This document shows, piece by piece, positions 61,376-64,000 of a stretch of 64,000 nucleotides of DNA. Both the position numbers and the translations under genes were made by a program. Under the pieces are notes generated by a model, which saw only the letters and a program-made list of their open reading frames with translations, was not told the origin of the DNA and did no database searches. Within the stretch, counting starts at the first letter, position 1; every line of letters starts with the position of its first letter. This DNA is from Macrostomum lignano (lineage: Eukaryota): the NCBI GenBank assembly GCA_002269645.1, contig NIVC01002913.1, forward strand, positions 1-64,000, given 5' to 3'.

Positions 61376-62943
61376 GACAGTCTGACAGTGTCTTGTAGAA
61401 TCTGACAGTGTCCTGTAGAATCTGACAGTATCCTGTAGAATCTGACAGTATCCTGTAGAATCTGACAGTGTCTTGTAGAATCTGACAGTGTCCTGTAGAA
61501 TCTGACAGTATCCTGTAGAATCTGACAGTATCCTGTAGAATCTGACAGTGTCTTGTAGAATCTGACAGTGTCCTGTAGAATCTGACAGTATCCTGTAGAA
61601 TCTGACAGTATCCTGTAGAATCTGACAGTGTCTTGTAGAATCTGACAGTGTCTTGTAGAATCTGACACTATCCTGTAGAATCTGACAGTATCCTGTAGAA
61701 TCTGACAGTATCCTGTAGAATCTGACAGTGTCTTGTAGAATCTGACAGTGTCCTGTAGAATCTGACAGTGTCTTGTAGAATCTGACAGTGTCTTTTAGAA
61801 TCTGACAGTGTCATGTAGAATCTGACAGTATCCTGTAGAATCTGACAGTGTCTTTTAGAATCTGACAGTGTCTTGTAGAATCTGACAGTGTCTTGAAGAA
61901 TCTGACAGTGTCCTGTAGAATCTGACAGTGTCTTTTAGAATCTGACAGTGTCATGTAGAATCTGACAGTATCCTGTAGAATCTGACAGTGTCTTTTAGAA
62001 TCTGACAGTGTCTTGTAGAATCTGACAGTGTCTTGTAGAATCTGACAGTGTCTTGTAGAATCTGACAGTGTCCTGTAGAATCTGACAGTATCTTGTAGAG
62101 TCTGACAGTCTCCTGTAGAGTCTGACAGTGTCATGTAGAATCTGACAGTGTCCTGTAGAATCTGACAGTTTCTTGTAGAATCTGACAGTGTCTTGTAGAG
62201 TCTGACAGTGTCCTGTAGAGTCTGACAGTGTCCTGTAGAGTCTGACAGTGTCTTGTAGAATCTGACAGTGACTTGTAGAATCTGACAGTGTCCTGTAGAG
62301 TCTGACAGTGTCTTGTAGAATCTGACAGTGACTATGTAGCCTAGTGGTCAGAGCGTCGGACTCACGACTTGAAGGTCGGGGGTTCGATTCCCGATCCTAC
62401 TGGAACAATTTGTGTCCTTGAGCAAGACACTTAACTCTGCATTGCTTCAGTTCACCCAGCTGTAAAATGGGTGCCAGCATTAGCTGGGGTAATTGAGGGT
62501 GTGTGTGGCGACCCCCTGCAGTCCTTGGACTGAACAGCGTACTCAGCCTCAGATGCGCTGCGCAATGGCTGCGGCTGAGCTGTCGGTTGCACATCTGGCC
62601 CAATTGGGGCAGGTGTAATCAATTGTTATTATTGTTATAATTATAATAATAATAGTATAATAGTATTAATAATATAATAGTATAATAGTATAATAGTATA
62701 ATAGTATTAGTATTAATTATATTGACACCTAATTGTAGACTATAATAATAATAGAATATTATTAATCTATTAGAATAGACACAGTATTCAGACTATACGA
62801 GCGTATTATTATAGTCTGACAGTGTCTTGTAGAATCTGACAGCATCTTAAAGAGTCTGACAGTGTCTTGTAGAATCTGACAGCATCTTAAAGAGTCTGAC
62901 AGTGTCCTGTAGAATCTGACAGCATCTTAAAGAGTCTGACAGT
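61376..62943. repeat. 20-bp minisatellite (TAGAATCTGACAGTGTCTTG) interrupted by a SINE
   Basis: Units at 61376-62330 and again at 62813-62943. Confidence 0.93.
62330..62720 (+). mobile_element. tRNA-derived SINE with an AT-rich simple-repeat tail
   Basis: A box TAGCCTAGTGG and B box GGTTCGATTCCC, then GTGTCCTTGAGCAAGACACTTAAC and CAGCTGTAAAATGGGTGCC. A (TAA)/(TATAATAG) tail follows. A second copy lies at 42310-43100. Confidence 0.88.
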
Positions 62944-63012
62944 AACTCTAACCTGTAGAACCTGTAGATTCTACAAGAAGCAAGAGGTTCGAACCAATGA
63001 AAATCAACTCAC

Positions 63013-63153
63013 ATTTTTTGCCGCAGCTTCTTGGCGTCTGCATCATCCAATCGTCATCGCTGTCAGCTTCATCCATTTTCGGCGGCTTTCCAGCAGTCTC
63101 CGCTGTTGCTAAGCCTTCATCGCCCGCATCCGATGAGTCCGTGCCCACTGAGC
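63013..63153 (-). CDS. Probable upstream Mint exon (acidic, low complexity); the gene probably continues beyond the window
   Basis: Acceptor CCGCAG and donor GTGAGT bracket 141 nt (SVGTDSSDAGDEGLATAETAGKPPKMDEADSDDDWMMQTPRSCGKK). It is phase 1 at both ends, which is compatible with the 58528 acceptor. Confidence 0.55.
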
Positions 63154-63656
63154 CTGCGGTTTGGAGTGAAAAAAAATCCGATCAATTATAAAGTCGTAGA
63201 AATTCGCTAGCTATGGCAGAAAACGGCGATAAACGCTAATTATGCTACTTAAAATAAGCGTTAAATGTCTGCAGGAAAAATCAAGCATTATTTTAGTAAA
63301 TTTCTAGAAAGAGTAGCTAGAAAATCTTATATGGAATATGAGAGCAGTGCATAACTACAAAATTCAAATATGCAATGAGAAAAATACGGCAGGTGCATTT
63401 AGTCGGGTAACTACATGTACGGGCTTTAGAAATCAACAAATAGTCAACCCCGGAAGGAGCCCTTGTTTACACTGCGTGCGTTTGCCAATGGTGTCCCATA
63501 CCGCCGCTTCTTCCCTAACCCGTAGCCTCTAACAGGCTTGTCAAAATTTGCTGGTGACAAAATTGAGCTGCAGAAATCTTTTAATTTTTCATTGAAAAGT
63601 TTTCGCGATAATCGACAAATGATGTTGTCATTTTTATGTGGTGGGAGCGCTTTTAC

Positions 63657-64000
63657 GAGACCTAAACTACATGAGACCTAAACTTCATAAGACCTAAACT
63701 TCATGAGACCTAAACTACACTAGACCTAAACTTCATGAGACCTAAACTTCATGAGACCTAAACTACACTAGACCTAAACTTCATAAGACCTAAAATTCAT
63801 GAGACCTAAACTATATGAGACCTAAACTTCATGAGACCTAAACTTCATAAGACCTAAGCTTCATGGGACCTAAACTTCATGAGACCTAAACTACATGAGA
63901 CCTAAACTACATGAGACCTAAACTACATGAGACCTAAACTATATGAGACCTAAACTTTATGAGACCTAAACTTCATGAGACCTAAACTTTATGAGACCTA
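63657..64000. repeat. 16-bp minisatellite (GAGACCTAAACTTCAT)
   Basis: More than 20 units, running off the window end. Confidence 0.93.

Noticed and set aside
62336-62410. tRNA gene
   Set aside because: A and B boxes are present, but no clean acceptor stem forms and the sequence continues into a SINE body found twice in the window.

Overview
Repeat-rich eukaryotic (animal) genomic DNA. It has GT-AG introns, GC-rich exons, TTAGGG tracts and introns filled with minisatellites; this style suggests a free-living flatworm such as Macrostomum (inference, not shown). Four host genes are supported: (1) an intronless Apaf-1/CED-4-type apoptosome gene (CARD, NB-ARC, beta-propeller; 10108-14433 +); (2) a 3-exon RCC1L/WBSCR16-like gene (20583-24343 +) whose first exon lacks an in-frame ATG; (3) a 2-exon secreted neuropeptide precursor with six xWSSSF-amide copies (43524-44053 +); (4) the 3' part of an X11/Mint/LIN-10 PTB-PDZ-PDZ gene (55796-63153 -). 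Mobile DNA includes a decayed Sola2-like transposon that contains a 279-bp TIR element carrying a 28S rRNA fragment, a young but integrase-deleted Gypsy LTR element, tRNA-derived SINEs and hAT-like MITEs. Two non-autonomous Helentron/Helitron2-like families are present: a ~13-kb head-to-tail array of ~1.23-kb TTAGGG-bearing units, and a 2.2-kb element in three copies that uses an ACTAG target and has inserted into itself. All coordinates and alignments were read by eye; no database searches were run.
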